A stretch of 64,000 bases of DNA. Source: Phallusia mammillata (lineage: Eukaryota). A program made the translations under genes and the position numbers. The stretch is from contig OZ281494.1 in assembly GCA_965637545.1 (NCBI GenBank), positions 17,546,001 to 17,610,000 of the forward strand, read 5' to 3'. The notes under the pieces are model-generated. The model saw only the letters and a list, made by a program, of their open reading frames with translations, had not been told where the DNA came from and made no database searches. Shown here piece after piece: positions 47,468 through 59,080 of the stretch; the first letter of the stretch is position 1, and each line of letters opens with the position of its first letter.

Positions 47468-48274
47468 CCTAAGTTTAACCTTCCAGTGTTTTGATATTTG
47501 GCAAATACAAATTGCCGTTTTTAGCCACTATAGACCCTAAAGTTTGACAAAAACGAGTATTTGTATTGTACTTCAAAAAGACCTTCGTCAAACCCCTGAT
47601 TCGGCATTGCCGAACCCCTGGGGTTCGATCGAACTCCGGTTACGAACCACTGGTCTAAACGTTCAAAGATAGAAGAGTACCTGAGCCAAATATATTTCAG
47701 AAACACTGATTTCACCGCGCTGACAAAACATTTTGTTACAATTTGAATTTTATTAAAATCATTCAGAATTTGGTGGTGACTGATGTTTACTGAGAAAATG
47801 CTACAAATTCAAATGTAGTTATACTCACACACCAACATGTTTAAAATCCATTGAAAAATAAAATTGTGTTAAGGATACTAAGTTGTTATTGAAGGTTAGT
47901 TTTTAAAATCAAGACAAAAACAGCTGTAAAATTATTATCAAACAACTCACAACAATTAAAAATACTGTAAGCTAAATAGAAGGTGAAGTTTTTAAAACAT
48001 GAGGTGCACTTAAAATCTAAATTGAACATCAATATCTAAAATTGAACATCAATATCTTTAAAAAGGGCAAAATGAACTTTAGTTTGAAAAGCGATACCAT
48101 GTGGAACTTTTGCACCCTGAGCAGAAATATGATGTATGCATAACTGAATATCAAAGCAACAATATAGTAGATTAACATGCTAAATATAAAAAAAGAAAAT
48201 ACATGATTGATTGACAACATGGATAATTAAAATGTCAATATGAACACAAAATTAATCAGCAAGGCATTGCAGCT

Positions 48275-48919
48275 TTAGGTTTGCTTTTTATACACAGCCT
48301 TTTCAATTCCATCTTCCCTGTCACTATATTCCAACTTGCTCATATATGTTGTACATTCATACTTGGGACTATTTCTGACATACTCCAAATACTCAGGACA
48401 TCCAGGAAAAACAATGTTGTCAGCTGCAATTACACTTCCACTGTGAATCAAATTGCATTCTTCAAGAAGTAAAAGATCAGGCTTGTACAATTCCTTAGTG
48501 TGATCAAGAAACACAAAATCAAAGCCAGAGACTGTAAGAGACTTGATGACATCAGGACTACTACCACAGAGTACAGTCACTTTGTTATCCATTCCTGCAT
48601 ATTGAATCATTTTTCTTGTCACTTCTGCATGGTGCTCATTGTATTCAATGCTGTACAATTTGCCATCTGCCGGTAAGGCTCGAGAAATTCTTAGTGCACT
48701 GTATCCAGCATATGCACCAATTTCTAGGGCAGTCTTTGGGCTGCAACTTTTTACAATTTCATCCAAATATTTTCCTTTTTCATCACCAACGTTTATTGCT
48801 TCTCTTTCAAATTTGTAGCAGAAGTTATCAATGGTGTCAATGACGTTACTGACATTGCCTTTAATTGCATGCTTCTGTACATGTTCTAATATTTTCTGTG
48901 GAATGGATTTTTGATCCAT
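48275..48919 (-). CDS. COMT: Catechol O-methyltransferase-like protein, copy C (intronless, intact, 214 aa)
   Basis: NVGDEKG, LEIGAYAGYS, FDFVFLDH, AADNIVFPG motifs. Confidence 0.92.
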   Translation of the reverse strand: MDQKSIPQKILEHVQKHAIKGNVSNVIDTIDNFCYKFEREAINVGDEKGKYLDEIVKSCSPKTALEIGAYAGYSALRISRALPADGKLYSIEYNEHHAEVTRKMIQYAGMDNKVTVLCGSSPDVIKSLTVSGFDFVFLDHTKELYKPDLLLLEECNLIHSGSVIAADNIVFPGCPEYLEYVRNSPKYECTTYMSKLEYSDREDGIEKAVYKKQT

Positions 48920-49094
48920 ATTTTAGCGCTAGACGGTTATTAATCACAGTTTCAAAATTCTTAATATCCTGACTAAAACACTAGTCAATCAGTCACAAAT
49001 ATACGTGTTTGAAGCAAACAATGACTGGTATCTGAAGCGTGACATAGTGCTGCGTCGTGCAGCGTCAGCAGTAAGACGCATGACTAGTTTTTAG

Positions 49095-49322
49095 GGTAGA
49101 GCTACTAACACTGAGCTTGGGCTCATGGGCTGGCCCCGGGCCTAAGAACTTCTGGTAGGTGGCGCAAAAGAGCATAGGCGTTTATGGTGCTGACTCAGCA
49201 ATTATTCTTACCATAAACCAAAATTGCTGTAACAGCACAATAAACGCCTATGCTCTGTTGCGGCACTTACCAGAAGTTCTTAGGCCGGGGGCCAGCCCAA
49301 GTTTAGTGTTAGTAGCTCTACC
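49095..49322. mobile_element. Foldback MITE with 9-bp TSD (MULE- or Merlin-type)
   Basis: Largely palindromic 228 bp, GGTAGAGCTACTAACAC...GTGTTAGTAGCTCTACC; TSD AGTTTTTAG. Confidence 0.9.
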
Positions 49323-50393
49323 AGTTTTTAGCGAAGGTTTTTTTCGGGGACATAGAAATCAAAAGAGTTCATACTGCGATTCCAAGCTTTTATTGTTTTT
49401 TAATGCCAATTCATAACCAATGTTTGCCTGTTACTGTAAACTAGGTAAATTTGGAATCATTTAGCCTACACCCCAACAAACAAATACAACACATAACACT
49501 TATGGTTGGCAGGATGTTTCGTATTGTTTACTAGCCTCATTTACGTCATCACATTACGGTATGACCTAGTTATGTGCGAAAACCTAAAGATGTACATTAA
49601 ACTTTGCTGACAATACTCAAACTTTTCTCAGGTTTAAACGACTGGGTAAAACAAGCGAATTTTATTCCTCTCACTCTGGCCGCACCAAATTTTTGTGGTG
49701 TGCGACAGGAAATATCGCATAGTTCACAACATGATTTGCACAGTTCACTACATAATTCGGCAACGCATTTGAACGAATTACGTTTTAGGCTACACAGTTT
49801 GTGTGCTGAATAGTCGAACAAGCTGATTTGGTAATCAAACGGCTACCGTTAAATTGCAAAACTTATCATCGTATGGTCGCTTCGTTGCTAAACATATTAC
49901 ACTATAAATTTAATTCATAAACATAAAAAGACTCTCTGGCATCAGGTATTATATTAAATACTTTGACGTTGACATCGCAAATTCTCCGGCTTCCAACTCT
50001 ACAACCGCAAATTGGTTTGCTACGTTTGTGGTAATTATTTTTAAAAAATGCATCAAATAAGAACTTGCACAATGCGAATAATTTTGTGGTAATTTGGGAA
50101 GTAATTCTTTCAAATAGCATTTTTTATTTTACAATTGAATCAAATAACATTAAAGTCATTTAAGTTAATTGGACTATTCACGCACCAGCGCATACCATAA
50201 AAAACGAAATAAAGACACAAAATATTATTATCATTAGAAGCTGAAGATCGAAATATTATTACATGTGATGCGTGGTTTGTTTGTTTCTCAAAAGCGTCTA
50301 CATTTATTTGCAAAATTTTATAAAACTGTTTCATCCGCATTACTTTTTCCTTTTACACCGCGACCAACGTGAGAAAGAAAATAGCCCATAGAC

Positions 50394-50676
50394 CAGGGGT
50401 GGGCAACCTTTGTTACTGTAGGGCCAATTATAAATGTCAAAATTGGATCGAGGGCCGCACATGTTCATCACAGAAAGTGATTTTGCTTTGTTTCTTACCA
50501 AATATGCTTAACTACAAGTAAAATTCGTATTTGATTCTAGCCACATTTTGTCAGATGGCAGAAAACTAGCAGCAGGCGCATTAATCAGCTCAAAAATATG
50601 TAATAATTGGACTCGTTTGCCGGTACTTTTGAAATCCAAGCGTCTCTGCCCACGGGCCGCAGGTTGCCCACCCCTG
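50394..50676. mobile_element. hAT (Charlie/Buster-like) MITE
   Basis: TIR CAGGGGTGGGCAACCT / AGGTTGCCCACCCCTG; TSD CCATAGAC. Confidence 0.92.
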
Positions 50677-50798
50677 CCATAGACTAATAACCTTTTGCGA
50701 CGCTTTTGGCGTTTGCATTTTCCATGTAGGCCTATATTAGGGTTGCCATATTTTATGAAACACAATCCCTGACAAAATGTATCTCGGTTGCGTTAACC

Positions 50799-51154
50799 CA
50801 GTTTTTCTCAAACTTTAAAGTCTAAATGTGTTAACGTAAGTCTGAATGTGTATTTCAGAAAAACGAAAGTTGATTGCAGGATTTTAGCAAGTTATGCAAA
50901 ATTGCGCATAACAATGATCCAAATCTGACATCACAGACAAGACAAAAAAACATTACAATTGTGCGCGAACAATTGCATTTTTGTTATTTGTCATGCAATA
51001 AAGCCTATTGTTTAACAATGGAGACGGTTGATTTTCACTTTGATTTCAACTTATCCAGTTGCACAAACTAACGCCAAATAAGAATTACTTCCACCTTTTC
51101 GAGATCCCCGCAAAATGTCCTAAAGGACCGCGGACCCCAGTTTGAGAAACGCGG
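50799..51154. mobile_element. Nested hAT-type MITE
   Basis: Degenerate TIR CAGTTTTTCTCAAACT / AGTTTGAGAAACGCGG; perfect TSD CGTTAACC. Confidence 0.75.
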
Positions 51155-51650
51155 CGTTAACCATTTTTGCGATCCAAACACTTCTATTCCAGAATAAATT
51201 AGAATATTCGGAAGTCACACGGACGGCGACACGAAAAACGTTACATACTATACTCTGATCCTTGTCAATTACTTTCTGCGTAGGCTTCTGTTTAGTAAAT
51301 GGGAGTCACAAGGACCTTTTTAAATTTGAAGAAAAATGCCACTTTAAAAATGTTTTTATGTCTCACGCATTCGACTTTTAGTTGTTAGTTAGTTCCCTGC
51401 ATATTAGGTACACAGTTAAGGAAATGAAATTTCCCACGTTCTCATGTAGCATCGAATGCTGTGTTTTCTTGAGACGCTGATTTTTATTTGTGTACTTAAC
51501 GCATATTAACATCTAGTAACAAACAGGTATTGTTACGCGCGCACACACACCAAACAGTAACGTTAAACTGCCCGCCACCAGTTTACTTCTTTACGTTTCA
51601 TGGTATAGACGCGGTTGTAGCCAACTACTAGAAACTTTCTCCGTTGGTAC

Positions 51651-51918
51651 CAGTGGCGTAGGCAGCCAAAAAATTTGGGAGGGGCCAAATAATTTGTTGT
51701 TCGAAACCACTTTTTGCTAACGCTCGGCGTAAGGCATGCTTTTACCAAACACGTGTCTTGCCAAACTGTGGTTTGACGGAACAGCTAAATGCTTTATTTA
51801 CTGATTTTTTCCATGTCTGCATAAGTATAAAAAACATGGATTTTGGTTTCTCAATAAACAACTCTTAAAATTTGGGAGGGGCCATGGCCCCTTTGGCCCC
51901 TCCCTGGCTACGCCACTG
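51651..51918. mobile_element. Nested CAGTGGCGTAG-family MITE
   Basis: TIR CAGTGGCGTAG / CTACGCCACTG; TSD GTTGGTAC. Confidence 0.9.
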
Positions 51919-54115
51919 GTTGGTACATTAATTTAATAGTACATATATGTATTTTTTCTTCAATTCCTGACTTTTAAGTACATTTTAACATTTCTCCCTG
52001 ACGCAGATTTAAACACTAAATTCCCTGACATGTCAGGGAAAATCCTGACGAATGGCAACCCTAGCCTATCTATATAGCAACTATTGTTATAATGGATTTC
52101 AAATACTTCAGACAGGAGAGAGTAACACTTTTTAAATCATTTATTTTTAGCTTTAGGTCTACTGAGTATGACCACCGAATGATTGCGCAACTCTCTTGAG
52201 AAATTCAAATGACGATGCACAAAGGCGCCGCGACTCACGGTTTGGGAACTATTTTATTAATGGATTTGTTTATTTTGTAACTACAGCTTATTTAAAACCT
52301 GTTGTTACTTGAAATAACACAAACAAAATATTAGTCAGCATTTGTAAAACACTGCACCGAACTTTTTACTTTCACTTGTAATGTTCCATTATGTCCGTTT
52401 GAATGACAAAAATAAGTATCGTTAATATCATCACTGCGTTACATATCATTATTACAATATTTTAAATTTACGAAAATGAAAAATAAACTTTTTTACTGTG
52501 ACGATCATGATATAAATTAAGGGCAACAGTCCCAGCCGTGCACAGTTAAGTTATATAGCGTTTAATATATGCCAAAACTTTTAGGTTTAGCATTATTTTT
52601 GGCCCAATTTTTCGCAGAATCCCTAAATTTATATTTCGCTTCTCTATTTCGTATGCCCCGATTGTCATGCACTGACCCTGGTTATCGTCACAATAACAAA
52701 AAACTGATCAGACTGCTCGTAGGAATTTCGCCGAAGGCTTAATTCCACGGCGCCGTGTGCGATGAAACATACTGGTCAACTAATGTCGAGGATCGGCTAA
52801 TTAGGCCGCTTAAAGTTTCAAGGAAATAGTAGTTAGTAGTTTTCGAAGCACCCCCAAAGGTGAAGTGCTCGGAACGGTATTTGGCCCGGCTACTTGCTCA
52901 CAAGCGCTACTACATGATTAGTTACGCGATAATTAACAAGATGTTCGTTTTATGGTAGCACGCGTCAAGGTTTGCATGCAGGTCATAGTTAGGCAGTCGC
53001 GCAATAAATTGTTTGAGGACGTTTATGTCACAGTTGTTAAGCTGTTGCGTACAAACTCGGAATAAACCTGTCTTGCAAAGAATTTCCCACGCTTTGAAGG
53101 ATAACACCGAAGCAAATGTGTAATGGTCGGACGTCAACTTTGTCTTTGGATATGTGAGATTTTTCAAGCAAAGCATGACTTAGCGAGAAAGTTTGTGTAA
53201 CAACGCGTTACTTATGATTCAGCTTAATGTATGCGTCTTCGCGATCAAAGAGTGATGTAGGTAAATATTGCCAATGTTTTGTTCACCATTTTATAAAAAC
53301 TGAAGGTAATTGACCAAAACGTCAAATCCAAAAGATAATTTGCCTACATTTGTATTGTCAGTGTATGCTTAAGCAGGGTAGGTATTAACCGACGGCAGTT
53401 AAATGGGTAACTGTTAGAAACTGGACAATTAACAACACAGTGCATGCAAAGGTGAGTTGCATTGTCCCCCGGTAGTAATATTTGACCTGGCGCTGTCTGT
53501 TACCTGGGAATCGTAGTGCTATAGAAAAAGTGCAGGGCGCTATATAATGGCTGTAAGTCAGTTGAGAAAGTTTTGTTTCAGACTGACTGAACTGAAGCGT
53601 TTGATGCAGTCAACTTACCCTTGGCTAAAGGAGAAAACTCAGGGCGCTGGCTGTGCGAGTAGGTTTTGACTTTAGGCGTTTCACGGAGATAAAGTTGTTT
53701 GTTGACTCAACAAAATGTTTCAGCAGGTCCATTCGTTAACCTCGCTTCCTGCTATATGAAACGATACGGCACGCCAAATATACATTTGCATGTAGTGGTT
53801 TGGTTTACAGTTATTAAATATGAGGTAAATGTAAGTTAAATTCATTACGGATGTCTTTAGTTAAAGCAAGGGTGCCTCGCAAAAATGTTGATGTAATTAC
53901 TAAAAAAAGATAAATATAAGTTGTGGAAGCAAATTTAAATAGAACATCCTGGATATAAAAGTATGTCAAAAACATTTACAGTTCAGAAAGGAATGGCAGA
54001 CGAGGTAGGCGTATAAAATGCTATTGGATATGTGATTTTTATTTGACTCCAATTTAGGTATCTCCATGAACAGGCGACTTTTAAATATTGCAGGTTAACA
54101 AATGGTAAAACGATA

Positions 54116-57100
54116 ATGGCGATGTCAAAGCGATGTTTTTTGCTGCTGCTTCTTGTTGTAGTTGTGGCTCTTGGTGGCGGTGTCGCGATTGTTGTGTGGA
54201 TCATGAACAAAAATGCTAATGGGAGCAATATTGATGATTATGAGACGATTCCAACTGATTACGACGAGGATAATAATCAAGCAATGGGAAATGGCGGTTT
54301 TCCAAAAACAGCTGCTGAATGCATTGCGTGGTCGAAATCCAAATCGACGCCGATGGAATTTGTTGCCAAGCTCGGCCAAAGCAAACTGGCAACGAGAGAG
54401 TCCCTTGGCGCTAAAAGTGGCTTTCGCATCGTTAGAAACGCTTATTGGCTAACAGGGGAACTTGAAAAAGATAATGGGGCTCTAAACTCAATAGAAATAA
54501 GTGCCTGTCAAGGTCAAGTTCCAGTAATTGTAATTAAAATGCGACCTAAAGAAGGGCTGCAGATTCACCACGGTAATAAGGACTGGGAGTTTTACAAGCC
54601 GGTGTCTCCGATTGCGACTTGGAAGGACTACGACCGAAAGCTGGAATCGTTTTTAAAAAGATTGACGCCAATTCCATCACTGGTTATATTGGAACCAGAT
54701 CTTCTGATGTACGCCTTTGATACCGCGAATCAACAGTACAGGTGGCTAAACTCAAAGTACGAAGAGGAATTCCTAAAACGTGCGCAACGCATCATCAAGT
54801 AAGAGCCGGACAATTTTCTTTGTTGTTAATTGGCAATTGAGTCCAACTATCAAACGATAACCCGATTAAATGCGTGCGTGCCTCCGGGATATAAATGTCT
54901 TGTATTTCTGATGAGACATTTTTAAGTTGTGTTTATTAGCGTTAAAAACCAATTCTTGTACATTAAATGTTTCGGACGCATTTTGGTCACTTTTTTTCTC
55001 AAATAAGTTTTTCGTCCTGTATTTGTAAGTCAAATTGTGACACTTTTTTTGCAGGCGATTAAAAAAGTCTTGGATCTATTTGGACGCTGGCAACGCAGCT
55101 TACCTGACAAAGCTTGCAAATGTCGAACAAATGGCTTTAACTCTAAATCGCTTGACAGGTTTACGGGGTGAGTACAACAGAGCAACACAACTTCGATAAC
55201 CATGACAGTTTACAACGATAAACTAACTTACTACTCATGTTTACGAAAATCGGATTTCTTAAAATTGTAAAATATGTTCAGAACCCGTTTTAATTACACC
55301 AACCCTGGCGCTTCCACGTACGAACACTAGATAATTGATGCCACAGTGTTCCACGCCGATGTGTTCGGTACAGTGCAGACACGTAAACACTGCGGCAACG
55401 TCGACGTTTGAAAAACGAGACCACGGAGATTAGAGAAATTTATGCAATAAGCAACACATCGGATTATAGCATTTTCGAACGTGTCTGTGGTTACGTAACA
55501 CAACGTGTGTAAAGTGGACAGGCAGGTCGTGCTAAATCCGAGAAAAGAAGATTATTTGACCACCGATATACTGTTACAACGGTATTCAAATGAAATTGTT
55601 TGCAACGCCCTCAAATAAGCTCGATCTCCAAACGAGGCAATTGTAGAATTTTTAACGTTTTCTTATATATAACGCCATTCAAATACATTTGGCGATGCGG
55701 CCTGCGGCGAGCGTGGTTTTAAAATTTCGACGAACTGCAGTTGTTGGTGGGTAATGTTTTTGCCGGATCTAATACAGCCAGGTGCTATCCGGAAAAAAGA
55801 ATGTCTGCTGTACGGTAACACCCACGAAATCAAGCCGTAAACCGCCATTTGTCCGGTGATAAACCTCTTTGCAGTCGTATTCACACAACCCAACGTATTT
55901 GCTCTGATCCTGTTACAAGGAAGTCGTTAACTGGCGTAGTAAACACTAAATGGTCGCAACTAACACTAACCGCACCTCCCAAAATAATTGTGGTTTAAAG
56001 GTGTTTTCGTGGCCCGCAGCCAACGGAGATGCGCTTTACGTCTTATGAAACCATAATTATGCACCTCCGGTTACTTTGTTTACATTGACCTTGTTTTGAT
56101 CGCAAACATATGCCTCGTGACCACGTTGACAACGGCGAAAGCTATTGGGTGGCATCACTTCGGGGCAAAGCGAATTGATTATGTGTTTGTTTCATCCGCT
56201 AATTATCAAGGCGTGAATGTAAGTTGGGTCTCGCTAAACTACTCCTTTATTAGTAGAAACAAGTTAGTCAAACGTTGGTAGTTGGGCTACAATTACAAAA
56301 TATTGATATGGTCCCAAGAAATATACATCTGACAATAAAGGTTGATAAAAAATTTTATTGATTATTTTTTAGCCTATGCAAGTTTGTTCCTAATATCAAC
56401 ACTGCAAATTTCCACAGGTTTTTCTATTAACGCGATGCATTTTGTGAACCGAACATACAACGAAGCTATGGCAAGGAGAATCCACTGCAGAACTGGTCTT
56501 CACTACGTAGTTGACACCAGTAGAAACGGTGGCCAGTTTTCAATGCAGTCACTCAGCAAGATGGAAAATTGTTTGTTTGATCCACCTAATGTTCGCACGG
56601 TAGGTTATTAAGTTGAAAAATTCACTAGATATTATTCCACACTAAATTATTGAGTGCCCTGGGAATTTAGTTAAATAGTTTGAAACAAAAACACATTCCA
56701 CATTCTCCAAAATGTTTAAGGGGAAAACACGTAAATCACATTCGCGTTGTCTTGTGCTGGGTTTTTAATGTAATCACTTGACAAAAATATTATAATGTAA
56801 CAAAATCGTTTCGGGGCGTTACGTTGGTTTATAAATTGTCACTGAGCTTAATACTACTAAGACCAAACGAACGTACATGTGTTGTAGCCTATAATGCTCG
56901 TAATTGAAACTTGAATTTCAGTGCGTTTGTTTTTTTGTAATCTGCAATTAAGTCATAAGTTTTCGTGCCTGAGGTTTGGTTGCCACAAAGGTTTGAACAA
57001 AACGCATGTGTCAATTTGCTAGCACCAATGGCTGTTTTATCGGCTCCGTGATAATGAGCAATTATAAAATCAGCAGAAAAAAAACACTTCTCTTGGCGTC

Positions 57101-58592
57101 TGCGGTCAAACTCGTTTATCAAGGTGAACCACAGCCGCGGTAATTGTTTGTTCTGTCTTGCTCCTGACAACACATTGCAGTTGGTACACTTTGTGCATAA
57201 AAACGCCTTAAACAAAAGATGGTAATTGTGGGCACTTTGTGCATAAACTCTCGAGTTATGTAGACTTCCTTTACCGAAAAATTAAATTGTCGATGGAATA
57301 AAGTACACACGGACATTTTTATTAATTTAACTTTTTTAATAATGTACAGACCAAGAAAACTATGCGCAATAAATGGCATTGGCATTTCAAAAATAGATAT
57401 ATTTGCATATTGTTGACCACATCCATGACAACCGGCAAAACACATTCCAATTGCTTGAAAAAATTTGGATAGGGTGTGTAATGACCACATTGCAAATTAT
57501 GTTACTTTCCCGACCTTGCTATTAAACGTGTCTGATGGTTATTCGCGACGTCGCCAAAATTGGCTTTTATATGTGGTAAAGCCAATTTGCTCGGAAACAG
57601 TTTATCATTACTTTTTATGAATGTATGGCGAAAGTTTCTATCCGCTTTAGTGAGATTTTTTTGCAGTTGTAGTATTTAAATCGCAAGCACTATTAAGCAA
57701 AACGTAACACTGATTGTCGGTTGTGAAAACCGATCACAATAATGCTTGAAAAATAGCAAACGTGGTCTAACTTTTCTTGAAAGTTCTTCTCGATATTCGA
57801 GCATATATATCTAAACTAAAACATTATTCAACTCTTAAGCATTTTGGTGTTATGGAAAAATCATATTGTTAACGTTACAATAACATGCTCATTTTGTTCC
57901 ATTTTTTTTAACTGGTACTGTATAGTATAAGGAAAGAAAATAATGTCTGCTTATTAAACCGATATCTCTATTACATGGATCAACAGGGCCAACGTCCAGG
58001 CTGGTCGTGGGGAAGCAAATACCAGATCGGCAAGAACAGGCGCAGACGTTGGATTCATCAATACAGCTCTAGTGGTACAAATGTACAAAACGACCAACAG
58101 AACAACCAACAACAAGAACCACCTATTACACCACCTCCTGCACCAGTGCCCAGAACCTACAACCAGCCCAATCAGCCACAGCGCCGCCCCCAATACGGCC
58201 ATAGAATTCACAGCACTAACCCACCTCCACTGGCGCAGCAACCCAGCGTTCAATTGAAGTCTGTAAGCGAAGGAGCACAGATTGTCAGGTCATTCCAGTC
58301 AAAGTTAAGGACTTGTGCTTCAAAAAGCACGTTTATGTCTGCTCACGACGCCAGCGTGTGGTTGAAAACACCCGGCGAGTCGGATGGACGTTTATACAAC
58401 TACGGTTCGTTGCACAGTTGTTTGATAGACCATTCGATATCATGCGACGATTCCTGCCAAATGATAACAAACGGGGAACCGAACCAACGTTCGCCAGACT
58501 GTCAATGCGAACGGCGGCCAAATAGGCCAGGTGCGACGAACAACTCTCCAAACAATATTTTCTCAGGGTTTCCGTTTGGCATCAACAGGTGA
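54116..58592 (+). CDS. Glycoside hydrolase family 6 (cellulase-like) protein with N-terminal membrane anchor, ~527 aa, tunicate GH6-type
   Basis: Exons 54116-54798, 55055-55167, 56418-56599, 57987-58592 are phase-consistent (1584 nt). GH6 motifs AYWL, VILEPD, IYLDAGN, RGFSIN, YVVDTSRNG, PPNVRTGQRP, VWLKTPGESDG. An extra 3' exon via a GT at 58589 is possible. Confidence 0.9.
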
Positions 58593-59080
58593 TGCTTGTT
58601 TTTTTAAACACATTAACCACTTAATTGCATGGCATATAAAATCGGAGTTGGGTTGAAATGGATGTGGAAGTTGAACCGCAACCGCAATGCGTTGTCAGTG
58701 TGTGAAGAAAGTTATGCGTCATTTAGCGTCTATTTTGATGAAAATGTTGCGCCAAAGACAAAGGTTTACTTTCGCAAATAGGCAATTCCTTTTTGGTTTA
58801 TAACTTTACTTTAACAGTTTAGGCTATTATTTTAGAAGCCATATTCTTGTTAAGTACCTACAGAGTTATTACAAATGACAAAGTCATTTTTTGACAATTT
58901 CGGTCAATGCGTTTTGCTTTTTCGACTGATACTTTTTAAATGCAACTTTTTCATAAATAAAGATTTTTTTTACCCTGGTTGTTTGGTTGCATTCATGACT
59001 AAAAGCAATACCAAAAATATTCCTGAAATAAAATACAGCAATAGGCTGTGTTATAATAGAAACGTATTGATTAGTTAGAG

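Larger units (their letters stand above)
36239..47652. mobile_element. hAT-type MITE expanded to 11.4 kb by nested insertions
   Basis: Left TIR CAGTGGTTCTTAACC (split by the 36252 insertion), right GGTTACGAACCACTG; identical 8-bp flanks GTCTAAAC at 36231-36238 and 47653-47660. Confidence 0.8.
50738..52063. mobile_element. TAGGG-terminal hAT-type element containing two nested MITEs
   Basis: TIR TAGGGTTGCCAT / ATGGCAACCCTA; TSD GCCTATAT / GCCTATCT. Confidence 0.8.

Noticed and set aside
47132-47494. 120-aa hydrophobic ORF
   Set aside because: It lies almost entirely inside a MITE (47135-47467) and has no family motif.
54116-58592. Bacterial contamination as the source of the GH6 gene
   Set aside because: It has three canonical phase-consistent spliceosomal introns and host-like composition, and is flanked by host MITEs and GSTT.
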